A DNA stretch of 63,145 nucleotides, filler included, from Basidiobolus ranarum (Eukaryota), in NCBI GenBank assembly GCA_040143965.1. It is 57 parts of 57 records of this genome, joined end to end, with 100 filler letters (N's around TTAATTAATTAA, not from the genome) between each part and the next. Parts side by side here need not be neighbours in the genome. Positions count along the whole stretch, not along the records: positions 51,106 to 52,110 come from JASJQH010006850.1; positions 52,211 to 53,214 come from JASJQH010006851.1; positions 53,315 to 54,318 come from JASJQH010006852.1; positions 54,419 to 55,422 come from JASJQH010006853.1; positions 55,523 to 56,526 come from JASJQH010006854.1; positions 56,627 to 57,630 come from JASJQH010006855.1; positions 57,731 to 58,734 come from JASJQH010006856.1; positions 58,835 to 59,837 come from JASJQH010006857.1; 49 more parts are not named here. The stretch is one strand, 5' to 3'. Position numbers and translations under genes: made by a program. How positions within the stretch are numbered: the stretch's first letter is position 1; each line of letters opens with the position of its first letter. Shown in pieces: positions 51,106 to 62,143 of the stretch. The notes under the pieces are model-generated. The model ran no database searches, was not told the origin of the DNA, and was given only the letters and a program-made list of their open reading frames with translations.

Positions 51106-52110
51106 GATGCATCCTTTTTCTTAGCAAATAAGATTGGAGAGCCTGCTGGGGACTTTGAATGTCAAATATATCCTTTCTCCAGATTTTCTGCCATATTATC
51201 TTTCAGAATCTTGAGTTCTGCAGGGTCAGGCCACATATAGACCCAAATGGCGGTTGTTTTCCTTCTTGTAGATCTATAGGGCAATCATATGGGTGGTGAG
51301 CTGGGAGTATATCAGATTTCTTCTTGTCAAATACATCTGCAAAGGCTTGGTATTGCTTTAATGATTCATATGACTGCTGAGATTGCAATGTATGGTGAAG
51401 ATACATTTTTGAAGATGGTTTGCCCAACCACATGCCCATTGTTGCAGCTGGCCATTGAAGTTTTCCAATGGTTGGGAAGAGTTTTCTTGTACTTGCATAT
51501 TGTTAATCTTAAATCCAGGATTCTTCTTTGGACAGGTTCTTGCTACATGTCCAGGAGCTCCAGAATAGAGGCAAAGATTCTCTTGTTTGTGTTGATATTT
51601 CTCCTCAGGGCTAAGCTTTCTGAAGCAAGTTCCATCAATTTGCATTGGGTCATCAGCTTGAGCTGTATTTTGTGTTTGATGGAAGGGGGTTCTGAAAGCA
51701 GATGATGAAGGAGAGAAGAAAGGAACCATATTTCTTTGTTGTTGTCTTGCAAACAACCAGTTGTCACATTTAAATGCCTGGTGGATAGCATCAGTCAAGG
51801 TCACTGGGTCAGCCATAGTCAGTAAAATATCTTTAATATTTTCTTGGTGTCCATATTGAAATTGGTTGATCGGGGCAGATTCTCCCCAATTGAGATAACA
51901 GGCAAGAAGGCGGAATTCTGCAGCATAAGTTGATTCAGGCTTTGACCCTTGTTTAAGTGCATGGATCTTGGTGGCTGAAGTTCTTCCTTATCTGCATTTC
52001 CAAATTTGGCTTCCAGTATGGCAAGAAAGGCAAAGAAGTTTGAAAGAAGTGGAGATTAACTTTCCATCAAAGGAGAAACTAAGATAGAGCTGTTCCTGAT
52101 AGTAGTGTTC
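51106..52110 (-). mobile_element. Ty3/gypsy gag fragment joined to RT start (protease deleted)
   Basis: DDPMQID..LCLYSGAPGHVARTCP; ADVFDKKKSDILP..YDCPIDL. Confidence 0.9.
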
Positions 52111-52210
52111 NNNNNNNNNNNNNNNNNNNNNNNNNNNNNNNNNNNNNNNNNNNNTTAATTAATTAANNNNNNNNNNNNNNNNNNNNNNNNNNNNNNNNNN
52201 NNNNNNNNNN

Positions 52211-53214
52211 TTTGTTATCATCATTCCTTTTGTCTTTTTTCAGTAGTCTTTAGCACTTCGTAAACTCTACCTTAAGTGTTTCTCATACCCATCGTCATTT
52301 GTCAGTAGTCTTTACCACTGCATGCATTCTCTTTTTAGTGTGTCCCATACCGCTCGTTCCTTGGCAGAGTAACAATTTTACGGTACTATTGTTTCCTCTA
52401 CCCGTTGTTTCTTGACACCATACCCTTAGACATTTAACAGTAGTCTTACGCACTTTGTAGACTGCTTGAAGTATTTCCCACACCCGTTGTTTCTAATGTT
52501 TCCCATACCGCTTGTTTGTTATGACCATTCCTTTCGTCATGTCTCAGTAGTCTTTTGCACTTCGCAAACTCTCTTGTAAGTGTTTTCCATACTGCTCGTG
52601 ATATTTTCCAGTAGCCTCCAGCACTACGTAGACTCTTCTTTAAGTGTTCCCATACTCGTTTTTCCTGGCTCCATGCTCATTATCACTTGTCAGTAGTCTT
52701 TAGCACTTTGTACACTCTCCATTAAGTTTTTCCCACACCCGTGGTTGGTCATCACCGTACCCTTTGTCATTTGTCAGAAGTCTGTAGCAATTCTTTACCA
52801 CTTCGTAAACTCATTCTCCTTTTAGTATCCTCCCAAACCCAACGTTTTGTATGACTATACAGTTTGTCATATATCAGCAGTGTATACCTTATCGTAGACT
52901 TTGCTATCAGTGTTTCCCATAGTCTCTAGCACTTTATAAACTCTTCTTTAAGCCTTTCCCATACCGGACGTTTGTTATCATCATACCCTTTGTCTTTTGT
53001 CAGCAGGCTTTAGTTCTTAGTAGACTTTGCTATTAGTGTTTCCCATACCCTTCATCATTTGTCAATAGTATTTAGCACTTGGTAGACTTTTCTTAAAGTC
53101 TTGACCATACCCTTTATCATTTGTGAGCAGTCCTTGAGACTCGTAAACTCTTTTATAAAGGCTTTGTGGACTCTACTTTAAGTGCTTTCCATACACATTG
53201 TTTCTTGGCACCAT
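52211..53214. repeat. Degenerate tandem repeat with variable ~60-90-bp units
   Basis: Recurring TTTCCCATACC and GTCAGTAGTCTTTAGCACTTCGTAAACTCT motifs across the whole contig. Confidence 0.75.
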
Positions 53215-54641
53215 NNNNNNNNNNNNNNNNNNNNNNNNNNNNNNNNNNNNNNNNNNNNTTAATTAATTAANNNNNNNNNNNNNNNNNNNNNNNNNNNNNN
53301 NNNNNNNNNNNNNNTTGATCATATTTTGACCACTGGATCCCGAGTTGAAATGTCTATTCCAGAGTGGGTCAGTTGGGATCAAGCAGAGATAGATATGGAT
53401 ATTGAACTCTGTTTGTTTACTAGAAATATTTAAAAGGAACTCTTGAATCCACTAATGTAAATTTAATATTAAAGATAACTCACCGTCAATTGTGATCCAA
53501 TCATCACGATTTGAACAAATATTGATTACCAAAGTTTGGAATTCTGGTAAAGTCTGGTGGATATATATTTTACCATAGATTGGATTTATATTATTGATTT
53601 GCGTGAACCCGAATACTATACCGATACTGATTTGTCATTGTTAAAGTTTGGGATTTTATTGGATAAATATTTAAGCACTAGTTGGATTATTATAAACTTT
53701 ACGTCATAATAGACAATCACCTGCCAACCCTCCTCAAACAACGATCCAGTTTGAGCATAATCTACTATCCATTGTAGTCGTAATGATCAAGCCATTGTCA
53801 CTCAAGTTGGAATGAGGAATCAAATCAGATAACAGCATGACTTTGTAGATGTAAAATTTGAGTGAAAGACATAAATCAGGGTTAAGTAGTGCAATGAATC
53901 GCTCGTTTGACATGTTTTCGGACGACTAAGGGTTCGAATCCCGCTCCAAAAAGTATTACCATGATGACGTTACCATAGAAACAGTTAGTGTATAAAAATT
54001 GTATACTAAAATCTGCTCATTTTCCCAAACAAGAGCTTTGGCGATTTTTATTCAATGGACCGACAGAAATAGTTTAGCGGAAATTCGGATTACTTGATTC
54101 CGCGATTAAATCACGGCCTCATTTCACGTGGTGGAACTACCGGACCTTATTCTAGGTACCTTCTCACGATTTAGGATTTACTGTTTGTCAAGAGAAAATG
54201 CATTTACGAAATAAAGTTAAGTCGTCAGAAGGTATTCGCGTTTATGAATGCTTTATCCGAGGGAATCGATAATATTTAAATATGGAAATCAATCCTTAAG
54301 CAGAAAGGGATATCTTATNNNNNNNNNNNNNNNNNNNNNNNNNNNNNNNNNNNNNNNNNNNNTTAATTAATTAANNNNNNNNNNNNNNNNNNNNNNNNNN
54401 NNNNNNNNNNNNNNNNNNGGAATGGGTGCAACTTGGTTATGGGGATCTAGGCAGCTATCCCCCCCAGGGGGACAGGGGGGAAAGGGGGGAGTAAATCAAG
54501 CCGTTTTGCATGGCAGATGGTTAAATCTTCAAATAGAGAGAAGCTAAGGTGATTAATAGCCTTTGCATTAATTAGGGGATAGAGGTGCAGGCAGGTTACC
54601 AAACCCCCCTTCCCCCAATGCCCCCCATACCCACAGTCGGA

Positions 54642-55121
54642 GTATATCCTAGATACAATAAAGAAGTTCAAGGTGGAAGAGTGTAATCCATTTTCTACCC
54701 CAATGGAGACAAATCTGAACTTGACCAAAATGGCTCAAATCAGATTCTTTTGGATTGAAATGAAAGCCATAAATTCCCTTATTAATATATGGCTGGTAGT
54801 GTGACATATATTATAGTTGGAACACAGCAAGATATTGTATATTCTGTCGGAGTTATGTGGCAATATCTTCAAAGTTACAAATCTAATCAAATCATAGCAG
54901 TTAAGCAGATTTTTAGATATTTGAAAGATACTGTGGATCTGTGCTTGAAATACACATATTCTGGATAACACTTTGATCTGAGAGGATATTGTGATGAAAA
55001 TTGGGGAAGAGTTATTGAAGACAGGAGATCTACAACAGATTCTCATTTCTTTGCTATAATGGAGCTGTTTCTTGGAATTCAAAGAAACAACCTACAATAG
55101 CACTTTCAATACCAGAAGCAG
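54642..55121 (+). mobile_element. Degenerate copia RT/RNase H, interrupted near 55122 by a probable LTR (TGTTATG)
   Basis: Colinear with 45579-46010; breaks after TEA codons. Confidence 0.8.
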
Positions 55122-55522
55122 TGTTATGTCCAAGAGAAAAGTGGATAAAAAGTCTTGACCTTTACTGAACCAAAGAAAGAGTTAAGTGTAGAATCTTAGA
55201 ACTGTTTATGCAGGCTATATTAGCAGAGCATATCTAACTCATATATGTCTTGGGAATAGCAGTGGGTTGCAATGTTACAGTAGAGAATAGGTTTGCTAGG
55301 CTGCTAGGCTTGGTGTTCAGTAAATGCTAGTGGATACTATGCATGGATAGAAATGAGAAGGGAATACCGGATTTGTTGACAAACACTAAGAAGAGTTGAG
55401 ATCCTATATTTGTTGAGACACANNNNNNNNNNNNNNNNNNNNNNNNNNNNNNNNNNNNNNNNNNNNTTAATTAATTAANNNNNNNNNNNNNNNNNNNNNN
55501 NNNNNNNNNNNNNNNNNNNNNN

Positions 55523-56147
55523 GTGGGAATCCACTACTTTGCTCTGGCCGTAGACAGCAATAGATAACGAAGGTCCGCTGAGCAATCTGTTTGATGGCCC
55601 GCGATTTTCCGTATCCACTAGACTGAATAATTGAGGTGTAAGGAGACATATATTCAGCATTGCTCCACCGATTCGCGGCTGTATTCAGAGAATCGAGGAG
55701 TCGATCTATGAGGTTAAATTCATCGACATAAGCCTGGTTGAAAGAAGTTTTCACCCAGGCTATTCTCTCCTTATTTATATTTGTGAGCAACATGGGATCT
55801 GACTTACGTTCGACGAATGAAGTACTCAATTCACTGAATCCCAATACACTCAGTACCTCTTGAATCTTCGCAAAGTCATCGTCTAGTATGGCAATGAAGA
55901 GAGAATATACTCTTTCGATCACTGTATTATCAAGTGTTGACTTGGATTCTGCAGATAAATTCGTGTGACATGCAAAGTATTGCACGAGGTACGCTCTCAT
56001 TGAAGCCTCGTAGGTTTTAATTTTCGTAGCCCATTGTTCCCAGTGTTTAAATCCAGGTTTTTTGGTTATCAAATCTTTACTTGTGAGGCAACCAAAAGGT
56101 GGATGTCTTGGAGGTACATCGATTTGAATATAATTAGAGGAAGGCAT
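55523..56147 (-). CDS. P-loop NTPase, Crinkler-associated type, 3' truncated (alternative start 56225)
   Basis: YMSPYTSIIQSSGYGKSRAIKQIA..VIYCCLRP.QSSGFP; AAAATG context; CpG retained. Confidence 0.7.
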
Positions 56148-56626
56148 TTTATGTATATGTGAAATTGTCCAGAAGAGACAACTAAAGAGTGAGTTTCCTA
56201 TACCGGATCGATGGCTCCGAGTCATAAAACTTACTCACGTCACATTATAATTGCGATAGACGTAATCGGCCAATCAAGTCACAACAGTGCGCTAGTTGAA
56301 TGTGACTACACTATTCTAAAATTATAAGAGTACCGCTGCGCATTACAAATATATGCAATTTATGCCTATAACTTTTCTAAGCCCTCACAATTTTCACTAA
56401 ACAGTTAACTTTTACTTTTTTTCTTGAAATGGTGTAATTGGCTTCTGGCACAAATTTGATAATCTATATATCTGAGAGCTTCTAAGTTGGTCTAATGAAT
56501 CTAAGTAAATACCACTTGAGAATACTNNNNNNNNNNNNNNNNNNNNNNNNNNNNNNNNNNNNNNNNNNNNTTAATTAATTAANNNNNNNNNNNNNNNNNN
56601 NNNNNNNNNNNNNNNNNNNNNNNNNN

Positions 56627-56855
56627 ATTGAGTATGGTGACTGCATCTGAACACAAAGTCTAAGGCCAATCAGTTGCTTATAAAGCTGAAATGCCAAAGT
56701 ACCATACATTGACAGACTAGGTTAAGGTTCCCTAGCAATATAGGCATAGCATATAAGGACTGGCAGCACAGTGGTTAGAGCACCTTGCTAGAGTGAAGCA
56801 GGTCCCAGGTTCAAATCCTGGTCCAACCAATATTTCTCCCTAAATAATTTCAATA
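56627..56855 (+). mobile_element. LTR-like segment with tRNA-like cassette (56757-56829), ending TTTCAATA
   Basis: A-box TGGCAGCACAGTGG and B-box GGTTCAAATCC; same 26-nt tail as the 10970 copy; gypsy RT resumes at 56856. Confidence 0.8.
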
Positions 56856-57630
56856 TAAATAGCATTACAGTCAAAAATTGGTACCCCTTGCCATTAATCA
56901 ACTCAGTCTTGGATCAGCTTGCTTCAGCCAAGGTGTTTACAAAGATTGATCAAAGAGGTGCTTACAATCTTGTAGGAATCAAACAAGGAGACCAACGGAA
57001 AACTATTTTTTGAACTTGCTATGGACACTTTCAATACAATGTCATGCCATTTGGACTTACCAATGCCTCTGCAGTCTTTCAACACATGATGGATGATATC
57101 TTAAGAGAGTATTTTGACCTATTTGTGGTAATCTACCTTGATGATATCTTGGTCTTCTCAAGCTCTCAAAAAGAACACAATATTCATGTTTCCCAAGTCC
57201 TAGAAAAGTTGAAACCTCTGCGCTCTATGCTAAACTTGAGAAATGTCAATTTGACAAAGCTTAAGTTAAATTCCTTGCATATAACATCAGCCCATCAGGC
57301 ATCTCCATGAACCCTAAGAAGGTTGAATCTGTTCTCTCTAGGAATATTCCCAAGAATGTGAAGGATGTCCAATCTTTCTTTGGATTTTAAAACTTTTACC
57401 AATGGTTTGTCAAGAACTACTCCAAAATATCTGCTTCTTAATAAGCCTTACAAAGAAAGAACTCCCATTTGACTGGAACCCATCTTGCCAACAAGCATTT
57501 GTCACTTTAAAGAGTGCTTTTACCTCAGTACCAATCCTGGCATATCCCAAGCTAGACCAGCCATTTATTATTGAAAATGATGCATCGAACTTAGCTCAAG
57601 CAGCAGTACTATCACAGTTTGATGCTGACA
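56856..57630 (+). mobile_element. Ty3/gypsy RT fragment
   Basis: [14 protein letters not shown]. Confidence 0.93.
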
Positions 57631-58217
57631 NNNNNNNNNNNNNNNNNNNNNNNNNNNNNNNNNNNNNNNNNNNNTTAATTAATTAANNNNNNNNNNNNNN
57701 NNNNNNNNNNNNNNNNNNNNNNNNNNNNNNCAATCTCTAGCCACTCTTTATCACTTGAACATATTCAACCCTCTTGCTAGTAAGAGCAATGACCAACACC
57801 GTAAGATTTCAGCGCTCTGGCTTGGTTTCAGCTGCATGTTTCGGGTATGGCTGAATACTGCAACTAATACCATGCGTTCCCTAGATAGCGCTGCAGCTAC
57901 AATGTATTCCTTAGATAACGCTTTGACCATTACTGTGAGTTTCCTAGCTAATACTGCAATTGTTACCACGCATTCCCTAGAAACTGATAGCCTTGCTTAT
58001 ATTGTTATACATTCATGTTAATAGAGGCTTGAGGTACAACATTTGGTCTAAAACCAAGTAACAATAATATGTATTTAAGCACCTCTTGTAACACTAACCC
58101 ATGTAAGTAATGGTCATTGGCTGAATAACTGGCAGTGCAATTCCCTACGTATTGTTGAAAAAAGCAGAACCTCAGCAAATATATTGTCCTATATAGCTTA
58201 GTATTTGGTTATCTTAT

Positions 58218-58734
58218 CCCTAACAAAAATAAAATTGCTTTGATCCGGATCGGATCCACCCTCCAAAATAGCAAAACCATCAGAGAACCGTCACAATATT
58301 GCTGGCTTGCATTCTGCCAGGGATTTTGATGGTGTGATGGTGGTTTCTTGATGGTATCTTAATGGTATTCATACATGTTAAAATATTGATCCTCAAATTT
58401 GGCATGCGTTATTCAATAACCAGCAATTTTTGCAAAAATATAATTTTCAAATGGCAAATTACTGGGTTTACTGCTGTAGGAATTTGAATTAATATGCATG
58501 CCTTTATTTAGATATTTTAGGCTTTGTATTCCAGCCATAATGAGAATCAAAAAATACAAGAATCTTGTTGTGTTTAGTCTCTACATATGCACATATTTGA
58601 CTGATTAGACATAACTCAACAACATCAATATGCTTTACCAGCAAACTAACGGTGGAAAAATTGCTAAACATCTGAAATTTTGAATAGCACTGACACTTGG
58701 CAAATAGCTGACTCTTGTTACCATTCACAATGAG
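58218..58734 (-). mobile_element. CACTA transposase C-terminus and 'CAA' terminus, inserted in an LTR A remnant
   Basis: ORF 58504..58728 continues ..KLILIV of the 27563 ORF; CCCTAACAAAAAT at 58218. Confidence 0.88.
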
Positions 58735-58834
58735 NNNNNNNNNNNNNNNNNNNNNNNNNNNNNNNNNNNNNNNNNNNNTTAATTAATTAANNNNNNNNNN
58801 NNNNNNNNNNNNNNNNNNNNNNNNNNNNNNNNNN

Positions 58835-59837
58835 TTTCAACAATAAATGGCTTGACTAGCTTGGGATGTGCCAGGATTGGTGCTGAGGTAAAAGCACTCT
58901 TTAAAGTTACAAATGCTTGTTGGCAAGATGGGTTCCAGTTGAATAGGAGTTCTTTCTTTGGAAGGTTTGTAAATGGAGCAGATATTTTGGAGTAGTTTGT
59001 GACAAAGCATTGGTGAAAGTTTGCAAATCCAAGGAAAGATTGAACATCCTTCACATTCTTGGGAATATCCCAAGACAGAACAACTTCAACCTTCTTAGGG
59101 TCAATGGAGATGGCTGAGGGACGGATGTTGTATCCAAGGAATTCAACTTGAGCTCAATCAAATTCACATTTCTTAAGTTTAGCATAGAATCCAGAGGTTT
59201 TCAACTTTTCTAGGACTTGGGAAACATGAATATTATGTTCTTCTTGAGAGCTTGAGAAGATCAAGATATCATCAAGGTAGATTACCACAAATTGGTCAAG
59301 ATACTCTCTGAAGATATCATTCATCATGTGTTGAAAGACTACAGGGGCATTAGTAAGTCCAAATGGCATGACATTGTATTCAAAGTGTCTGTAGTGAGTT
59401 CAAAAGGCAGTTTTCCATTGGTTCTCAGGTTTGATTCTTACAAGATAGTATGCACCGCTTAGATCAATCTTTGTAAACATCTTGGCTGAAGCAAGCTGAT
59501 CCAAGAGTGAGTTGATTAATGGCAAGGGGTACCAATTTTTGACTGTAATGCTATTTAGGCATCCATAATCAACACAGAGATGGAGGGATCCATGCTTTTT
59601 CTTAACAAATAAGATTGGAGAGCTTGCTGGGGACTTTGAATGTTGGATAAATCCTTTGTCAAGATTTTCTGCAATATACTCTTTCAGAATCTTGAGTTCT
59701 GGCTGGATCAGCCCATATATAGGCCCAAATGGTGGTTATTTTCCTTCTTGTAGATCTATAGGGCAATCATATGGGCAGTGAGCTGGGAGTATATCAGATT
59801 TCTTCTTGTCAAAGACATCAGCAAAGGCTTAGTATTT
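58835..59837 (-). mobile_element. Ty3/gypsy RT fragment
   Basis: [29 protein letters not shown]. Confidence 0.95.
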
Positions 59838-59937
59838 NNNNNNNNNNNNNNNNNNNNNNNNNNNNNNNNNNNNNNNNNNNNTTAATTAATTAANNNNNNN
59901 NNNNNNNNNNNNNNNNNNNNNNNNNNNNNNNNNNNNN

Positions 59938-60940
59938 AGTCAACAAATGTCCTGCCACAAGTAGATGTTTCATTGCTTGAATTGATTACCCCACAGCTAA
60001 AACAATAATACTGCATATCTTCATCTATCTCACCAAGAAGTCTGTCTTGCAGCTTTCCTAGAAATACCATCAGGTAATCACACAGACAAATTAGTCCAAG
60101 TTTTAGAGATACATAATCTTTGTCCATGGATTGGGCTTTGTTGCTGTTATTGTGCTCAAACAATGCAAAAACCCATGAACACATTGAAAAGAGCCTTTTG
60201 TTGGAAGATTAATATACTCTGGAGTCTTCTTAACCTATTGCAACAAATCCATCACCAATTTTGCTGATACATTGTTAATCAGATTAGCATATGTTAATAC
60301 TGACAACTTTGCATAGAGCATCATTTCACCACAGGTGCACTCCATTGGGAACTGCCAGAATATATAGCAAGGGCATATAATCTCTAAGCATTGCATAAGA
60401 TGCCGCAGGGAACATATTGAATACCTGCATAGATTTAGTCTATCTTCTTTGAACCTGTAATATAGTTTTTCATATCTAATTACAAAATCTTTGCACAGTT
60501 GCTGCATCTGCCTGAGATCTGCCAATGTGAGTTGATGCTGTAAGAATAAATCAACAATATTGACTAACAACTCCCAAAGTTGCCAATACTTATCAGGCAG
60601 AAATCTTTTCAAGACTCCACTTGAATATATACAAATCCAATACTTCCAGTCTTTGCACTTGAATAAATGCCTAGATGGGTGGATATTGATGGGAGTCCTG
60701 GTTATATAGGATGGTATCTTGATGTTTTCAAGCATTTTCCCAATGCATTTAAACCTTGATCCTATCTCAATTGACTCATTCATATTGAATTTTCCACTAT
60801 ATAGCTGAGTAAGTAGTATTGGAATGTTGATGAATAGTAAGTGCATAGTGCCCAATGGGAAGCTCTAGCTCCAGCTGATCCCCTTTAGCAATAAAATCTT
60901 TGTCTTAAGGCTAATACCAAGGTTGATGTTAGACTGACTA
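59938..60940 (-). mobile_element. CACTA transposase C-terminal half
   Basis: MHLLF..FKCKDWKYW..FWQFPMECTCG. Confidence 0.9.
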
Positions 60941-62143
60941 NNNNNNNNNNNNNNNNNNNNNNNNNNNNNNNNNNNNNNNNNNNNTTAATTAATTAANNNN
61001 NNNNNNNNNNNNNNNNNNNNNNNNNNNNNNNNNNNNNNNNCAATCTAGCAAAAAGACATCGAAATCTTTGAAGCCTAAGTATGGTCAATATTTTCACTAA
61101 TGTTCTTTGTTACAGACAAAATTCATCTCTCCAAAAGTTGAGCCCAAACCATTTACTGCACCATTGACTTAATATCATCAACATATTAGGTGTATCCGAA
61201 GCCAACGCCATTTGTGTTCTAATTCAATAATTTCTTGGTATATCTCAACAGGCCACAATGCAACGTTAGACTTAGCAAATTTACCATAAGCCAATCTTTT
61301 TTCTCTGTTGACCAAACAATTCTAAAAAATTACACACTACTATTTCTTTGATTATAGATAATATCCGCGGGAAATCGAGTGACATGATACTAGCTCTTTA
61401 GGTTAATATTAAGAAAAATACTTATAGTAGGATTAGTAACGCAAAAAACCGGGACAGTGCACTAAGACGGATATGGTAGTTTTCCTATGTTATTTCTTCC
61501 AAAATACAAGTCTTGGTCTTAATCAATCCAAATAGACCAATCTTAATATCTATCTTATTATACGAGCAGTCCAAACTATTACAACCAATCAAAATTTGAA
61601 ATAACGTAGATGTCCTAGAAATCGGCATTGATTGGTGACTATTTCAGATAAGGTTTTAAGCTTATATGTGATTGGTTAGAATAGCTTGTGAAGGATAGAG
61701 CAAAACAATGACTCTTAGACGGAAGATATTTACCGAGAAAGTGATCACACCAATAGTTGAAGTATACTCATTCCATGTTAAATATCTCCTTAATCATTGG
61801 CTTTGAGATTTATGGATACACAGATCAGATATGTTTTTAAACACGACTTCTAGGAAAAGCATTGCGTTGAGAAATTACCAAAGGAAGTAAAGATTCTGCT
61901 TTTATTTCTACTAAACTTGACATTTAGGGGACGTGACTAATATTTCTTGGTTAAAAGAAGTATGTATGTGTAAAATAACTAAAAGAGGCGATATATATCA
62001 CGGTATCACCATTGTAAGGGGAAGGAGTAAAGAGGATAAATCTNNNNNNNNNNNNNNNNNNNNNNNNNNNNNNNNNNNNNNNNNNNNTTAATTAATTAAN
62101 NNNNNNNNNNNNNNNNNNNNNNNNNNNNNNNNNNNNNNNNNNN

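Noticed and set aside
53885-53950. B-box GGTTCGAATCCC with an upstream hairpin as a tRNA
   Set aside because: No acceptor stem or proper D arm can be formed; at most a remnant.
57850-57985. Roughly 33-nt degenerate repeat (TTCCCTAG motif four times) and overlapping small ORFs
   Set aside because: Too short and degenerate; no recognisable protein in either direction.
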